The position numbers and the translations under genes were made by a program. 61,778 nucleotides of DNA from a virus (taxonomy: Duplodnaviria; Heunggongvirae; Uroviricota; Caudoviricetes). Shown here in pieces: positions 1 through 9,864 of this stretch. The stretch lies in the IMG/VR virus record IMGVR_UViG_2778261381_000005; one strand, written 5' to 3'. Under the pieces are notes generated by a model, which saw nothing but the letters and a program-made list of their open reading frames with translations, ran no database searches and was not told where the DNA came from. How positions within the stretch are numbered: position 1 is the first letter of the stretch; each line of letters opens with the position of its first letter.

Positions 1-6
1 TCTGAG

Positions 7-306
7 GTGAGCATATCACCTCTGTTCAGGTGGCCAAATTCAGTAAACCACTTCAATAAGACCGCCTTCAACAAACTAGCGAAGAATGCCTTCAACGAGA
101 AAACAGGCTGTCGAATGCTCGAAGCGTTCAAGAGAAACATCACGCTAATGAACCTGATTGAGACGAAGTTTCCGCCTACCGAAATCGAAACAATCAAAGG
201 CAATCGTGACGTGAAAGCATTCGAGCAACTGTGCTACGAGCTGAATTTCCGTTCGTTCCTTGAAGACCTTGAAGTGTTTGTTCTTCCATTCGAAAGGTAT
301 TGCTAA
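7..306 (+). CDS. hypothetical protein (may continue upstream of window)
   Basis: ORF only; no recognisable motif. Confidence 0.3.
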   Translation: MSISPLFRWPNSVNHFNKTAFNKLAKNAFNEKTGCRMLEAFKRNITLMNLIETKFPPTEIETIKGNRDVKAFEQLCYELNFRSFLEDLEVFVLPFERYC

Positions 307-572
307 TGCTTAAATCGATTATTAATGGCGCTACAACCACCCCCACCCAACTGGCAAAAGAGATTGTCTTTTATCACGGTGAGTACGCTGTCATCGCACT
401 GCCGTCAATTCTAGGCGCTGCCGGAATGAAAGCGACAGATCGCGAGTTTGGATTAGTCAGCGAGCAGGTCGTAAAAATCCTCGCTCGTGTATCCAGACTC
501 CTTAATCACGATGCGATTGTATTAGACGAATCCGCCGCTTTAAAACGAATCAACGAAACAAAAGGAGCCTGA
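300..572 (+). CDS. hypothetical protein
   Basis: ORF abutting previous stop; no recognisable motif. Confidence 0.3.
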   Translation: MLMLKSIINGATTTPTQLAKEIVFYHGEYAVIALPSILGAAGMKATDREFGLVSEQVVKILARVSRLLNHDAIVLDESAALKRINETKGA

Positions 573-574
573 TC

Positions 575-2914
575 ATGGCAAAAGGAAAATCCGCACTGGC
601 ACTTGCTCTGAAAAAGAAAATCGGTAGCAACGACGAAATTCAGAAAGTAACTCATTGGATTGACACAGGCTTTCCTCCGTTAAACAAAGCTATTTCCGGT
701 CGTTACGATGGCGGTTTCCCATGTGGTCGTATCGTAGAAGTATTCGGGCCACCAAGCGCGGGGAAATGTGTTACCGCAGACACCATGCTGCTGACGGAGC
801 GTGGAATGGTAACAGTGAAAGAGTTGTTTGAGATTGAAGGGTACAAAGCGACATGCACTACTCGCGATGTAGAGCATAACGTTGGACTCATCAATGAAAA
901 TGGCGTGATAGAGAAGACCTCACACCTGACATGGAACAACCGTCGCAAATTCAAGCGTATTAAGCTGGCATCAGGCGGTTATATCGAGGCTACGTTCCGT
1001 CACCCAATCCGTGTGGTTGACGACTTAGGTAATGTCGTCTGGCGACATGCTGAAAAAATCAGTGTAGGCGACACGATTCCTTCAATGGTTGGCACACATC
1101 AATTCGGCGATCAGCACCTGGATGCCAATATCGCAAAACTGATGGGCTATTTAATTGCTGACGGATACGTGGCCTCTGAAAATTCAGTGAATTTTTCTAA
1201 CACAGATCCTTTCATCAAGGATGAGTACTACCGCCTCATTTCGCTGGTATCAGACAAGATGCCAGTTACGAGAAAACATAACGGCTCGGAAGACCATGTG
1301 CTGTTTAGCAAAGAGGTGCGTTCGCTGCTTTTTAAAGAATATGGTCTGGAGTATGAGAAAGCTGCTGGCAAGCAGGTTCCGTTGAGTGTGCGTCGCGCCA
1401 ATAGCGAGGCTCAAATTGCATTCCTTCGCGGCTACTTTGAGCTGGAATGCCACGTCAATGATGGTCGCTGCATTGAGGTTGTGAGCGCGAGTGGGCTGCT
1501 GCTACAGCAAATTCGCCTCATGCTCCTGAATCTGGGGATTACGTCAACTATCTCTGAAAAACACGTCGCGGGTTATGAAAATACATATTACCGGCTGTCA
1601 TTCAGTGGCTCTAATTACGACCTTTTTCTGTCAACGATTGGTTTCGAATCTCCGGCACGTTTATCAGTGGCAACCAAACGGGACATTGGTTTTGACCGCA
1701 CTTACTCAGGCTATGTTCCGCACATCAGCGGCTTAGTGAAATCACTCTACGAGTCGCTCACCAAGACCACCCGTGAAGACTACGCTCTGGTAGACCACGT
1801 TATTGGCCGCGGCGATCGTGTCGGAATAGACAAACTGCGAGAAATCTATGTCTCCTTCATTGGCAGAAAGAATCGTTTTAACGAGCATCTGTTTGCACAA
1901 CTGGCAGCGGTAATTGGCTCTAACTTGTTCTACGACGAAGTCGTGGCTATTGAGGAAGGTGAAGCACCAACGTTCGACGTAGCGATGCCGGAAACACACT
2001 CTTTCTGGTCTAACGGGATTATCAGCCACAACACATTCCTTGCAACAGCAGCGATGATCTCCGCTCAAAAACAAGATGGTCTGGCGGTATTCCTCGATCA
2101 TGAAAACAGTTTTGACGTTGGCCTGGCTGTAGCCAATGGCCTGAACGCAGATGAGGATGACGGTCAGTGGGTATACAAGCAGCCAGATACCTTCGAAGAC
2201 TCTGTAGAGTTGATCGGCACAATACTTAAATTGGTTCGTGATGAAGAGCTTATCCCCGAATCAGCACCTATCTGTATCGTGGCTGACTCTCTTGCGTCTA
2301 TGGTTCCGAACTCCAAAGCCGAGAAGTTCGAAAAGATGGCTGAAGGCACAGCCAAAGACAAAGATCAGCTAAACATGAACGACAATACGGCACTGGCTCG
2401 TGCGACGAGTGCGAACTTCCCTACTCTGGCTTTGTGGGCACGCAAATACAACGCCTGCATCATCTTCTTGAATCAGGTTCGCACAAAAATCGGTGTAATG
2501 TTTGGCGACCCTACTACGTCGCCAGGTGGAGATTCACCGAAGTTCTACGCTTCTGTACGTATCCGTCTTGGTGCATCGGTGATGAAGGATGGTAAAGAGA
2601 AGATCGGCCAGGACGTAGGCGCAGAATGCATCAAAAACAAAGTTGCACCACCGTATGGCAAATGCACCTGGAAATTCTACTTCGATCCTACTCGTGGCCT
2701 CGACGTTATCGAATCGCTCGTCGAGTACATGCTGGAAGAAGGATACCTGCCAAAGAACGCCAGCGGGCGAGTTGAAATTGGTGACAAGAAATACACCAAA
2801 TCGCAGATCGTCGAGATGTATCGGGAGAAGCCACTGGCTGAAATCATTGCGGCTTTGCAGGCAATCGACGACCGAAGAGCAAAAGACAACCCCACCGAGT
2901 CAGTAGAAGAGTAA
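575..2914 (+). CDS. RecA/UvsX-family recombinase (Sak4-like ATPase) interrupted by an intein
   Basis: RBS aaaggag 8 nt upstream; P-loop GPPSAGK then Cys...His-Asn insert, then T-FLATAAMISAQ...FLDHENSFD RecA-like core. Confidence 0.8.
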   Translation: MAKGKSALALALKKKIGSNDEIQKVTHWIDTGFPPLNKAISGRYDGGFPCGRIVEVFGPPSAGKCVTADTMLLTERGMVTVKELFEIEGYKATCTTRDVEHNVGLINENGVIEKTSHLTWNNRRKFKRIKLASGGYIEATFRHPIRVVDDLGNVVWRHAEKISVGDTIPSMVGTHQFGDQHLDANIAKLMGYLIADGYVASENSVNFSNTDPFIKDEYYRLISLVSDKMPVTRKHNGSEDHVLFSKEVRSLLFKEYGLEYEKAAGKQVPLSVRRANSEAQIAFLRGYFELECHVNDGRCIEVVSASGLLLQQIRLMLLNLGITSTISEKHVAGYENTYYRLSFSGSNYDLFLSTIGFESPARLSVATKRDIGFDRTYSGYVPHISGLVKSLYESLTKTTREDYALVDHVIGRGDRVGIDKLREIYVSFIGRKNRFNEHLFAQLAAVIGSNLFYDEVVAIEEGEAPTFDVAMPETHSFWSNGIISHNTFLATAAMISAQKQDGLAVFLDHENSFDVGLAVANGLNADEDDGQWVYKQPDTFEDSVELIGTILKLVRDEELIPESAPICIVADSLASMVPNSKAEKFEKMAEGTAKDKDQLNMNDNTALARATSANFPTLALWARKYNACIIFLNQVRTKIGVMFGDPTTSPGGDSPKFYASVRIRLGASVMKDGKEKIGQDVGAECIKNKVAPPYGKCTWKFYFDPTRGLDVIESLVEYMLEEGYLPKNASGRVEIGDKKYTKSQIVEMYREKPLAEIIAALQAIDDRRAKDNPTESVEE
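767..2032 (+). mobile_element. intein (about 422 aa) with LAGLIDADG homing-endonuclease motifs, inserted in the Walker A motif
   Basis: Begins with Cys directly after GPPSAGK, ends His-Asn followed by Thr; motifs LMGYLIADGYV and LRGYFELECHV. Confidence 0.75.
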
Positions 2915-2920
2915 ACACAA

Positions 2921-2943
2921 GGCGTCCACAGGACGCCTTTTTA
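2921..2943 (+). terminator. rho-independent terminator
   Basis: GGCGTCC aca GGACGCC hairpin followed by T-run, just after recombinase stop. Confidence 0.65.
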
Positions 2944-3005
2944 TCTCTTGAAAATATATAAGTACTTACTTATTATTTTCACATAACAACCACATAGGAA
3001 AACAC

Positions 3006-3206
3006 ATGATCAAAATCTATCTATTGGCAGTAGCCACAGGCCTTTCAGTGGCTCTCATCTACGGTTTACTGGTTCCGTCGCTGATTTCTACCAAGAGTGA
3101 TTTAGCCGTCATGTTTGGAGTTGTCGTTGGTTTTGGTGCTCCTGTAATCGGTCTTATTGCTGGTCGTAAGTTTATCAACTCATTAATCAAAGCAAAGGGG
3201 AAATAA
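3006..3206 (+). CDS. small membrane protein (possible NfeD-like partner of the downstream SPFH protein)
   Basis: 66 aa, two hydrophobic segments; immediately upstream of SPFH lipoprotein. Confidence 0.4.
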   Translation: MIKIYLLAVATGLSVALIYGLLVPSLISTKSDLAVMFGVVVGFGAPVIGLIAGRKFINSLIKAKGK

Positions 3207-3209
3207 GTA

Positions 3210-4040
3210 ATGAAGAAAGGTTTACTTGCAGTTGCTCTGGCGGCTATTTGCACAATGGGTCTTACTGGCTGTGATCGCGTGGAGCCTGGATACGTTGGCA
3301 TCAAAGTAAACAAATTAGGTGAAGACAAAGGGATTGGTGAAGTGGTTGGCGTTGGTCGCCAATGGACAGGTCTTAACACCGAACTTTACGTATTCCCGAC
3401 CTTCAAACAAATAAAGACCTACGACGAGCCGTTCACATTCCAGATGAGTGACGGTACTGCTATTGGTCACAAAATTGGCGTTGCGTATCTGGTTAATCGT
3501 GACAAGGTAACGACGGTGTTCCAGACCTATCGCAAAGGCGTAGACGATATCACCGAATCAGATCTGCGTCAGAAAATTGCCGACTCTCTAAACCGTTTGG
3601 CCAGCCGTATGACCACTGACTCATTTATCGACGGTGGTAAGGCACAATTGCTGGACAACGCACTGAAAGATATTCAGAAAGAGATGTCTCCGGTTGGTAT
3701 TGAGGTACTGAGCCTGTCATGGGTTGGAAAGCCTGATTACCCAAAAACTGTCATTGAATCTATTAACGCCAAAGTAACGGCTAACCAGCGTACTCTGCAA
3801 CGTCAGCAGGAAGTTGAACAACGTAAAGCTGAGGCGAATATGCTACGTGAACAGGCTAATGGTGAAGCTGATGCTATCCGTGCTCGTGCGCAAGCAGAAG
3901 CAGACGCCATTCGTCTGCGCGGTGAAGCTCTGCGTCAAAACCCGAACGTTATGGAACTGGAAGCCATCAATAAATGGAATGGCCAGTTACCGCAGTACAT
4001 GACTCAAGGGGCTAACACTCCTTTCATTACAGTGAAATAA
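3210..4040 (+). CDS. lipoprotein with SPFH/band-7 (prohibitin/HflC-like) domain
   Basis: Signal peptide with lipobox LTGC; C-terminal Ala/Glu/Arg-rich coiled region typical of SPFH proteins. Confidence 0.55.
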   Translation: MKKGLLAVALAAICTMGLTGCDRVEPGYVGIKVNKLGEDKGIGEVVGVGRQWTGLNTELYVFPTFKQIKTYDEPFTFQMSDGTAIGHKIGVAYLVNRDKVTTVFQTYRKGVDDITESDLRQKIADSLNRLASRMTTDSFIDGGKAQLLDNALKDIQKEMSPVGIEVLSLSWVGKPDYPKTVIESINAKVTANQRTLQRQQEVEQRKAEANMLREQANGEADAIRARAQAEADAIRLRGEALRQNPNVMELEAINKWNGQLPQYMTQGANTPFITVK

Positions 4041-4056
4041 CTCCCCTAAAAAGTTC

Positions 4057-4081
4057 AGGCGTCCAGTTGGACGCCTTTTTT
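4057..4081 (+). terminator. rho-independent terminator
   Basis: GGCGTCC agtt GGACGCC hairpin plus T-run; same stem as terminator at 2921. Confidence 0.65.
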
Positions 4082-4100
4082 ATCGCAATTATCTTATTAA

Positions 4101-4117
4101 GAAAACAATTTGTTTAA
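4101..4117 (+). promoter_or_regulatory. conserved palindrome AAAACAAnnTGTTT (motif 1) about 15 nt upstream of start codon
   Basis: gaaaacaatttgtttaa; same motif recurs before at least 12 other genes. Confidence 0.45.
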
Positions 4118-4131
4118 AAGGATAAGAAAAC

Positions 4132-4557
4132 ATGGCAGCTATTAAGAAACTCTACGATGCCGCAAACGTGGCTCTGGATGTTATTGATGATGAAGTAGCA
4201 AAAGGCTTTCCTGAACCTGATTGGGCGCATCAGCTACGAAACGCTATCGCAGAAATGACCCCACCAGATCCAACCCCCGACGAGACAGACTGGCAGCGAT
4301 TCATCCGTATGTACGCTCAGGAAATAGGTCCAACGCCAACGGCAGAGCAGGCAATGCTGCTGAAATACTTCAAAGAGGCGGGAGAGGATTTACCAATTGA
4401 TGACTCAGCATATTGGTTCCACTGCGCATGGCGTAAGTATGACGTGATATTCACACAAGGCATGGGAAGCAAAGATATGGTTGTGTGGCATCTACTCCAT
4501 ATAGACACAGCCGTTGACAGAGTTATTGAACAGTTTTTCCCTAAACAAGAAGATTGA
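4132..4557 (+). CDS. hypothetical protein
   Basis: ORF behind motif 1 and RBS. Confidence 0.5.
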   Translation: MAAIKKLYDAANVALDVIDDEVAKGFPEPDWAHQLRNAIAEMTPPDPTPDETDWQRFIRMYAQEIGPTPTAEQAMLLKYFKEAGEDLPIDDSAYWFHCAWRKYDVIFTQGMGSKDMVVWHLLHIDTAVDRVIEQFFPKQED

Positions 4558-4612
4558 TCGCCTATTCATAACTAACAAAATAAGTAAACACTAACCACAA
4601 AAGGAAAAACAC

Positions 4613-4888
4613 ATGAGAGTTTTAGTTCGAATCGTTACCAGCACTGTCTATGACGTGTTTCCGCTTTTTATGGTCAAAGCCGATGGCCTTAACGACGAAG
4701 AAACTGACGCGCTGATCCAGCGTATTCTCGTTGAATATACAGGTCATGACGCTGATTCAGTGATGGTTGATGATGATGGTGTTTGTTGGCATAACGGCAA
4801 CTGTTGGTACGTAGAAGAGACTCAACAAATCAGTGATGAAGATGCCGAACATCTTGAGCGTATTTTAAGCATCAGCACTTTTGAGTGA
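4613..4888 (+). CDS. hypothetical acidic protein
   Basis: ORF with conserved leader aaaggaaaaacacATG. Confidence 0.5.
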   Translation: MRVLVRIVTSTVYDVFPLFMVKADGLNDEETDALIQRILVEYTGHDADSVMVDDDGVCWHNGNCWYVEETQQISDEDAEHLERILSISTFE

Positions 4889-5103
4889 GTTTACAGTAAA
4901 ATTTATATAAGTTAGTATCTACCTATCATGAAGATTTTTATTGAATACTTGTTACTCATCGTTTCAATAGCTTTTGTCATCGACTGCATTTTCACTGGTG
5001 TCATTCGTAAAGTCTTTTCCCCGGTGCACGACGTAGTCATAAACGCTTTGGCTATCGTGCTCGTATTTAATTCAGCATTTGATGTAATCAAAGAGGTGGC
5101 AGC

Positions 5104-5439
5104 ATGAAGGCCATCCCATTCGCGCTGTTGTTCCTTTCTTCGATCGTTGTGGCCGACACCACTGTTTATCAGTGTGAAATGTCTGTAGCCGACGTTAAGA
5201 ATGGCGCTCTTACCGACGTCATAAAAGCACCATATGGAGCGATGGTCGTAGACAGCGGCGACCAGTTCTATGTTGTGCGTGACGATCGAGTGTTGTCATC
5301 CCCATATCTCACAAATCGTAATGGCAAATTAACCGGCGTCGGAGAAGACCACTTCGTATACAACAAATACAAGGGCTTCTATGGCGTTCACGCTTCTCAG
5401 CAAAGCTACCTTTTCGATGACTGCAAGGAGGTTGGATAA
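5104..5439 (+). CDS. hypothetical secreted protein
   Basis: N-terminal signal-peptide-like segment MKAIPFALLFLSSIVVA. Confidence 0.45.
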   Translation: MKAIPFALLFLSSIVVADTTVYQCEMSVADVKNGALTDVIKAPYGAMVVDSGDQFYVVRDDRVLSSPYLTNRNGKLTGVGEDHFVYNKYKGFYGVHASQQSYLFDDCKEVG

Positions 5440-5651
5440 TGGCATTAACACTGGCAGGTCTGGAAATCGAGAAAACAAGCGGATACTGGCGTGCTAAGGG
5501 TTTCAAGCAGCCTGGCATTCTTGAGCGTCTGGAACGTGAAGATGGGTATATCGTCCACCAGCGGCGTGAATGGCGTATGTACGATCCAGAAACAGGAAAA
5601 CTGACTACAAAAGCCGGAACACTTTGGGGTCTGTTGAAGAAAATACACTAA
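5439..5651 (+). CDS. hypothetical protein
   Basis: ORF overlapping previous stop. Confidence 0.4.
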   Translation: MALTLAGLEIEKTSGYWRAKGFKQPGILERLEREDGYIVHQRREWRMYDPETGKLTTKAGTLWGLLKKIH

Positions 5652-5696
5652 ATGCAAACTGACTGCGGCACGTTCCGCAGTCATATTTCATAGTCG

Positions 5697-6231
5697 TCAC
5701 CGCTGACAGCATACACAATCAACTGCCGCTGATAGCATATCGAGAGTCTATCTCACCGCTCACAGCATACTTTACTCGATTTTTTACCGCTGACAGCATA
5801 CTTAAGACATTGCATGAATAATGTGTACCGGTATGGGTATAACCAGAACAAAATTACCGCTGGCAGCATACGAAGGTCTGACATATGCCATTAATTACCG
5901 CTGATAGCATATCCAAACAAAAATTCCTCAATAAAACACCGCTGACAGCATACGTTCTATCAGGGAGCAGCAGGCAATAAATACCTTTCACTACAAGTAA
6001 TCAGCGCAATGGGAATAGAATGTTAGTGAGCGCAAACCTATATGGAATGCACTCTTCGAGGTTAGTAACCACTGGGGAGGTATAAAAGAGCATTGAGTGG
6101 TGATAGATGATTTACCGCTCACAGCATACGTTTATCTCACTATACCGCTGGTAGCATATCTTTAACCGTTCACAGCATACTTTTCAGAAAAATAGCCGCT
6201 GATAGCATACATTTCACCGCTGACAGCATAT
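5697..6231. repeat. iteron array, about 12 copies of ~17-bp unit (C/T)ACCGCTGACAGCATAC and variants, on the 3' side of rep
   Basis: Direct repeats e.g. at 5697, 5786, 5855, 5896, 5937, 6113, 6143, 6164, 6193, 6215. Confidence 0.75.
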
Positions 6232-7325
6232 CAAAGCAGTTTGAGACTATTGGAAAGGATCTCAATCATCTTGATATTTTCAGGCGTCAAATTCTGCGAA
6301 AGTTCGGTTATCTTATTGATAATGTTCTGTTTGGCATCAATTTCCCCGGCTTTCTCATCTGGTTTTTTGGGTTCGATGTCTTCAGGTTTTGGCGGTGCGA
6401 CTTTGAGTTTTGGATTGCGGCTGTGAATCTGGATATAGATCGACCGCCCACGCTTAATCTCGCTGTATTCGAGATAGCCCAAATCTTGGAGAGCTTTTAA
6501 GCCGTTACGTATAGTCTGATTCTGCGAGCTGACATTCCTGCTACTCAAATTGAGTCGCGCACGCAATCGAGCAAGCGATACCGGCGCAGGCTTGGTTGGA
6601 AGACTTTCGATGAAGGTGTACAGAGCCTGTGCTGTTTCTTTGCGTGGTAGCTTATTGATAACCTTTAACTGCAAAAGAACCTTATGGTCAAAGCGATATA
6701 GTTCGGCCAGCTTCGGTTCTGCATAGAACACCACCGTATCTTTCTGCTCGTTGTAGTCCACGCTATTGATGAGGTGCACCATCAGAAGCGAGATCTTGTT
6801 AGAGCCGTCGACGTTCTTTTCTTCATACGTTCTCTGGAAAGACAGAGTTGTACGCATGATCTTCAAAAGACTGTTTGTAAGCCGGTCGCGGAGTGTTTTG
6901 CGGATCTGTGACGATGGATAGCCACAAAACTTCGCAAATTTCGTGATGCTTAACTCGACACGACCATTAGGTTCGCCGTATTCTGCCAGCGAACGCACAA
7001 CGCCCACCCACGTTTTGAAATCATGATCCATGTCCAGGCGAGGACCGGTTATCTTGATATCGGAATAGCCTTCAGAACGGGCTACTTCGAGCTGGACAAG
7101 CTCCTTTGAAGCATCGATCTCATTTGGCTTGTTACGTTTACTGTATTTTGTTCCCTTAAGCGTGGGGACGAACAACCCCAGTCGCATCAACGCAATTGGT
7201 TGGACTGTATTGTTGCTATTAGGGACAAGTTCCCCTGTGTACAATTCAAGGGAACCTTCTTCAAAGTTGTCGATGTTATCTTCTACTTCTTTGTTATTTT
7301 TACCTTTTTTATTTTTTGTGGACAT
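6231..7325 (-). CDS. plasmid-type replication initiator (iteron-binding Rep), tentative
   Basis: Flanked on both sides by iterons; RBS aaaggtg before MSTKNKK start; basic protein; ORF-track start at 7445 rejected because it runs into iterons. Confidence 0.55.
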   Translation of the reverse strand: MSTKNKKGKNNKEVEDNIDNFEEGSLELYTGELVPNSNNTVQPIALMRLGLFVPTLKGTKYSKRNKPNEIDASKELVQLEVARSEGYSDIKITGPRLDMDHDFKTWVGVVRSLAEYGEPNGRVELSITKFAKFCGYPSSQIRKTLRDRLTNSLLKIMRTTLSFQRTYEEKNVDGSNKISLLMVHLINSVDYNEQKDTVVFYAEPKLAELYRFDHKVLLQLKVINKLPRKETAQALYTFIESLPTKPAPVSLARLRARLNLSSRNVSSQNQTIRNGLKALQDLGYLEYSEIKRGRSIYIQIHSRNPKLKVAPPKPEDIEPKKPDEKAGEIDAKQNIINKITELSQNLTPENIKMIEILSNSLKLL

Positions 7326-7344
7326 GTGGACACCTTTGTCATTC

Positions 7345-7446
7345 AACCGCTGACAGCATACTTGATTTGCCGCTGACAGAATACCAAAAACAGTTGGCAG
7401 CATACGGTGAACCGCTGACAGACTATCAATTACCGCTGACAGCATA
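7345..7446. repeat. iteron array (5 copies) immediately upstream of rep start
   Basis: aaccgctgacagcatac, tgccgctgacagaatac, gttggcagcatac, aaccgctgacagactat, taccgctgacagcatac. Confidence 0.75.
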
Positions 7447-7494
7447 CATGAACATGACTTCAGACCAGTCGTGGCGCGGCTTACAGCGATCGGG

Positions 7495-7560
7495 GATCTT
7501 ATTTGATCTATATAAGGATCTATCTATGGATCTCTTTATTAGGATCTATCCTGTGGATAT
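7495..7560. promoter_or_regulatory. origin-like GATC cluster (5 GATC in about 52 bp) plus DnaA-box-like TGTGGATAT
   Basis: GGATCT-containing repeats at 7495, 7505, 7517, 7529, 7543; TGTGGATAT at 7552-7560 (8/9 to DnaA box). Confidence 0.5.
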
Positions 7561-7646
7561 GTGAATAATTAAAACAGGCATTTACTACCTTCGGCGCACC
7601 TGGTGGGTTATCGTTGCCTCGGCTAACAATCACAGAAAAATGACAT

Positions 7647-8291
7647 ATGGATCTAAAACGCACGCGCTGGGTTCGTCGTCTTGAAGACGGCTCCTACACT
7701 ATCGAATCAAATTCCAACCTGAATAAGCAGAAGTTGCTTTGTGACATCTGCGGTATAGCGGCGAAGTGCCCGATCTACGAAACCAGAATTAAACTTGATA
7801 AGGCTGGTGTGAATTTTCATTTAAACAGTTGCATCAGGTACGTTCCATTACTCGCATTTCGTAAACCGATCATCGGATTGGATGCTCCCTACTTCAACAC
7901 ACTCCGTTCAGGTGTGACGTGGCGAGATCGTTTATCACCAGACAAGCTGATTTGCCTCGTATCCGCAGACACAGGGAAAATCATCCGTTTTGGGAAAGTA
8001 GACAAGGTTTACTCAGGCCCAGTAGACGAAATGTTGCGGAAACACAGCCGGTTTAATCATCTCTGTATGGGTGGTGAGAAAATCGAGAAAGTAGAAGAAG
8101 TGATCCGCAAATCCTACGGACACTTTCTGACCAAAGATAGCCTGCTCACCGCAATCTACATCAGACATGTAAAACGTGAGTTCGACCTCGAATACCACAG
8201 CGAAGAAGAGCTTAACCTTGTTGACCCACGTCCAAAAGCTGGCGTCATAAGCATAAACGCAGCGCGTAAAAAGCCCACTGACGCGCTGTAA
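7647..8291 (+). CDS. hypothetical protein
   Basis: ORF adjacent to origin-like region. Confidence 0.5.
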   Translation: MDLKRTRWVRRLEDGSYTIESNSNLNKQKLLCDICGIAAKCPIYETRIKLDKAGVNFHLNSCIRYVPLLAFRKPIIGLDAPYFNTLRSGVTWRDRLSPDKLICLVSADTGKIIRFGKVDKVYSGPVDEMLRKHSRFNHLCMGGEKIEKVEEVIRKSYGHFLTKDSLLTAIYIRHVKREFDLEYHSEEELNLVDPRPKAGVISINAARKKPTDAL

Positions 8292-8545
8292 CCCTCCAGA
8301 TCGTATATTGGCGTAGATAGAATCTACGCCCCCTCAAAATAGCTCTCATAGCGTTCTACAGTGATCCTGTCTTATTTTTAGTCATACAGACAAGCAAAGT
8401 TGCGCCACGATAAATAGGTATATACTTACTTATAAATTTTGTATATTAAGGCGCTCGTTTCATTCCTAACATACCGTTATGCATAGTTGTTTACCTCCTC
8501 ATTGCTCTTAGAATTTGTATCAAAATAACCACAAAGGAAAAATAC

Positions 8546-9631
8546 ATGACTTTGCCATACGGCGTCATTTCTGACTGCCACTACCACAAATGGGATGCGT
8601 TCTCCACGACGAACGCTGAGGGGCTTAACTCCAGACTTGAAATACAGTTGGAAGCAACGAAAGAAGCAGCCATCGCCATGAAGAAGGCCGGTTGTAAGTA
8701 CATGTTGGTTGCCGGTGATACATTTCACGTCCGAGGAACTGTGTCCCCTTCTGTTTTGCATTACGTAACTGAAACGTACAAGTGGATTATCAACGAGCTT
8801 GATCTGACAGTAGTAATGCTGGCCGGTAATCACGATCTTGAAACCAACGATTCAGTATATAGCGCCAACGCAGCAGCATCGCTGAGTTCTATCGGCGTGG
8901 TAATCGTATGTGGCAAGCGCCCACACTCAATAAAAATTGGTGATGTGACTGTCCACCTGATTAGCTGGCGTAACAATCATGCGGAGCTTATCAGCGATCT
9001 GAAAGCATTACGTAAGAGCGTAGAAGGTGATAATCATGACGTTGTTATCCATACATCCATTAACAAAGCCATTCCAACAATGCCTGACGTCGGTATCGAT
9101 GCGCAGGAGTTAAAGGATATCGGCTTTCGTCTCGTGCTTAGTGGGCATTACCACAACCACAAAGAGGTCATTCCTGGAGTTATCAGTGTCGGTGCACTGA
9201 CTCATCAAAATTGGGGAGATGTTGGATCTCTGGCTGGCTACATGATCGTAAACCCGGACGGCAGTTTCAGTCACTACGAAACCAGTGCGCCTAAATTCAT
9301 TAACCTGGAAGATGATGTTGCTGATGACCAAATTCGCGGCAACTACGTGCGTTTCCGCGCCGTAATTGAGAACGATGAAGAAGGCATTAAGTACCAGAAC
9401 ATCCTCAAAACAATGGGTGCAAAAGGTGTCGTGTGCAACTTCATCCGTAAGTCATCAATGATGGAAGGGACAGCCAGCACAACTGAAACCAGCAAAATCG
9501 ATAGCCTGGGAGAGTCGGTATCTGCTTATTGCAAGATTGTCCACGATACTGACGGCGGATTTGATCTGAGCAAATTGGATATTTTGTGTCAGGAAATCCT
9601 CACCGAAGCGGAGAGTTCGGAGGCTGTGTGA
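8546..9631 (+). CDS. sbcD: SbcD/Mre11-like nuclease (calcineurin-like phosphoesterase)
   Basis: Phosphoesterase motifs DCHYH, GDTFH, GNHD, GHYH; leader aaaggaaaaatacATG. Confidence 0.75.
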   Translation: MTLPYGVISDCHYHKWDAFSTTNAEGLNSRLEIQLEATKEAAIAMKKAGCKYMLVAGDTFHVRGTVSPSVLHYVTETYKWIINELDLTVVMLAGNHDLETNDSVYSANAAASLSSIGVVIVCGKRPHSIKIGDVTVHLISWRNNHAELISDLKALRKSVEGDNHDVVIHTSINKAIPTMPDVGIDAQELKDIGFRLVLSGHYHNHKEVIPGVISVGALTHQNWGDVGSLAGYMIVNPDGSFSHYETSAPKFINLEDDVADDQIRGNYVRFRAVIENDEEGIKYQNILKTMGAKGVVCNFIRKSSMMEGTASTTETSKIDSLGESVSAYCKIVHDTDGGFDLSKLDILCQEILTEAESSEAV

Positions 9632-9864
9632 AGCAAAGTCGTTATGGGAGCTTTCGAGACTTTGCCATCACGATGAAAAGACTTGAACGAGGCCAGACGG
9701 TGATGTTTCACAAGCCCTACCCGCCACAAGGAAATCCCGTAGCGTTTTATCTTGGAAGGTTAACAAGAAAAGGCGTATTGAGGCGCAGATCCTTCCCGGC
9801 GCATACGGAGTTCAGATTGAAAGAAGGCCAAAAGCTAACACACGGTATCAGAGGTGTTATATGA
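9628..9864 (+). CDS. small basic protein (GTG start), tentative
   Basis: ORF bridging sbcD stop and sbcC start; ATGA overlap with sbcC start. Confidence 0.3.
   Translation: MKQSRYGSFRDFAITMKRLERGQTVMFHKPYPPQGNPVAFYLGRLTRKGVLRRRSFPAHTEFRLKEGQKLTHGIRGVI

Noticed and set aside
5697-6231. Repeat array that could be mistaken for a CRISPR array
   Set aside because: Repeats are about 17 bp and degenerate, spacers are irregular, and arrays flank a rep gene on both sides; they are iterons.
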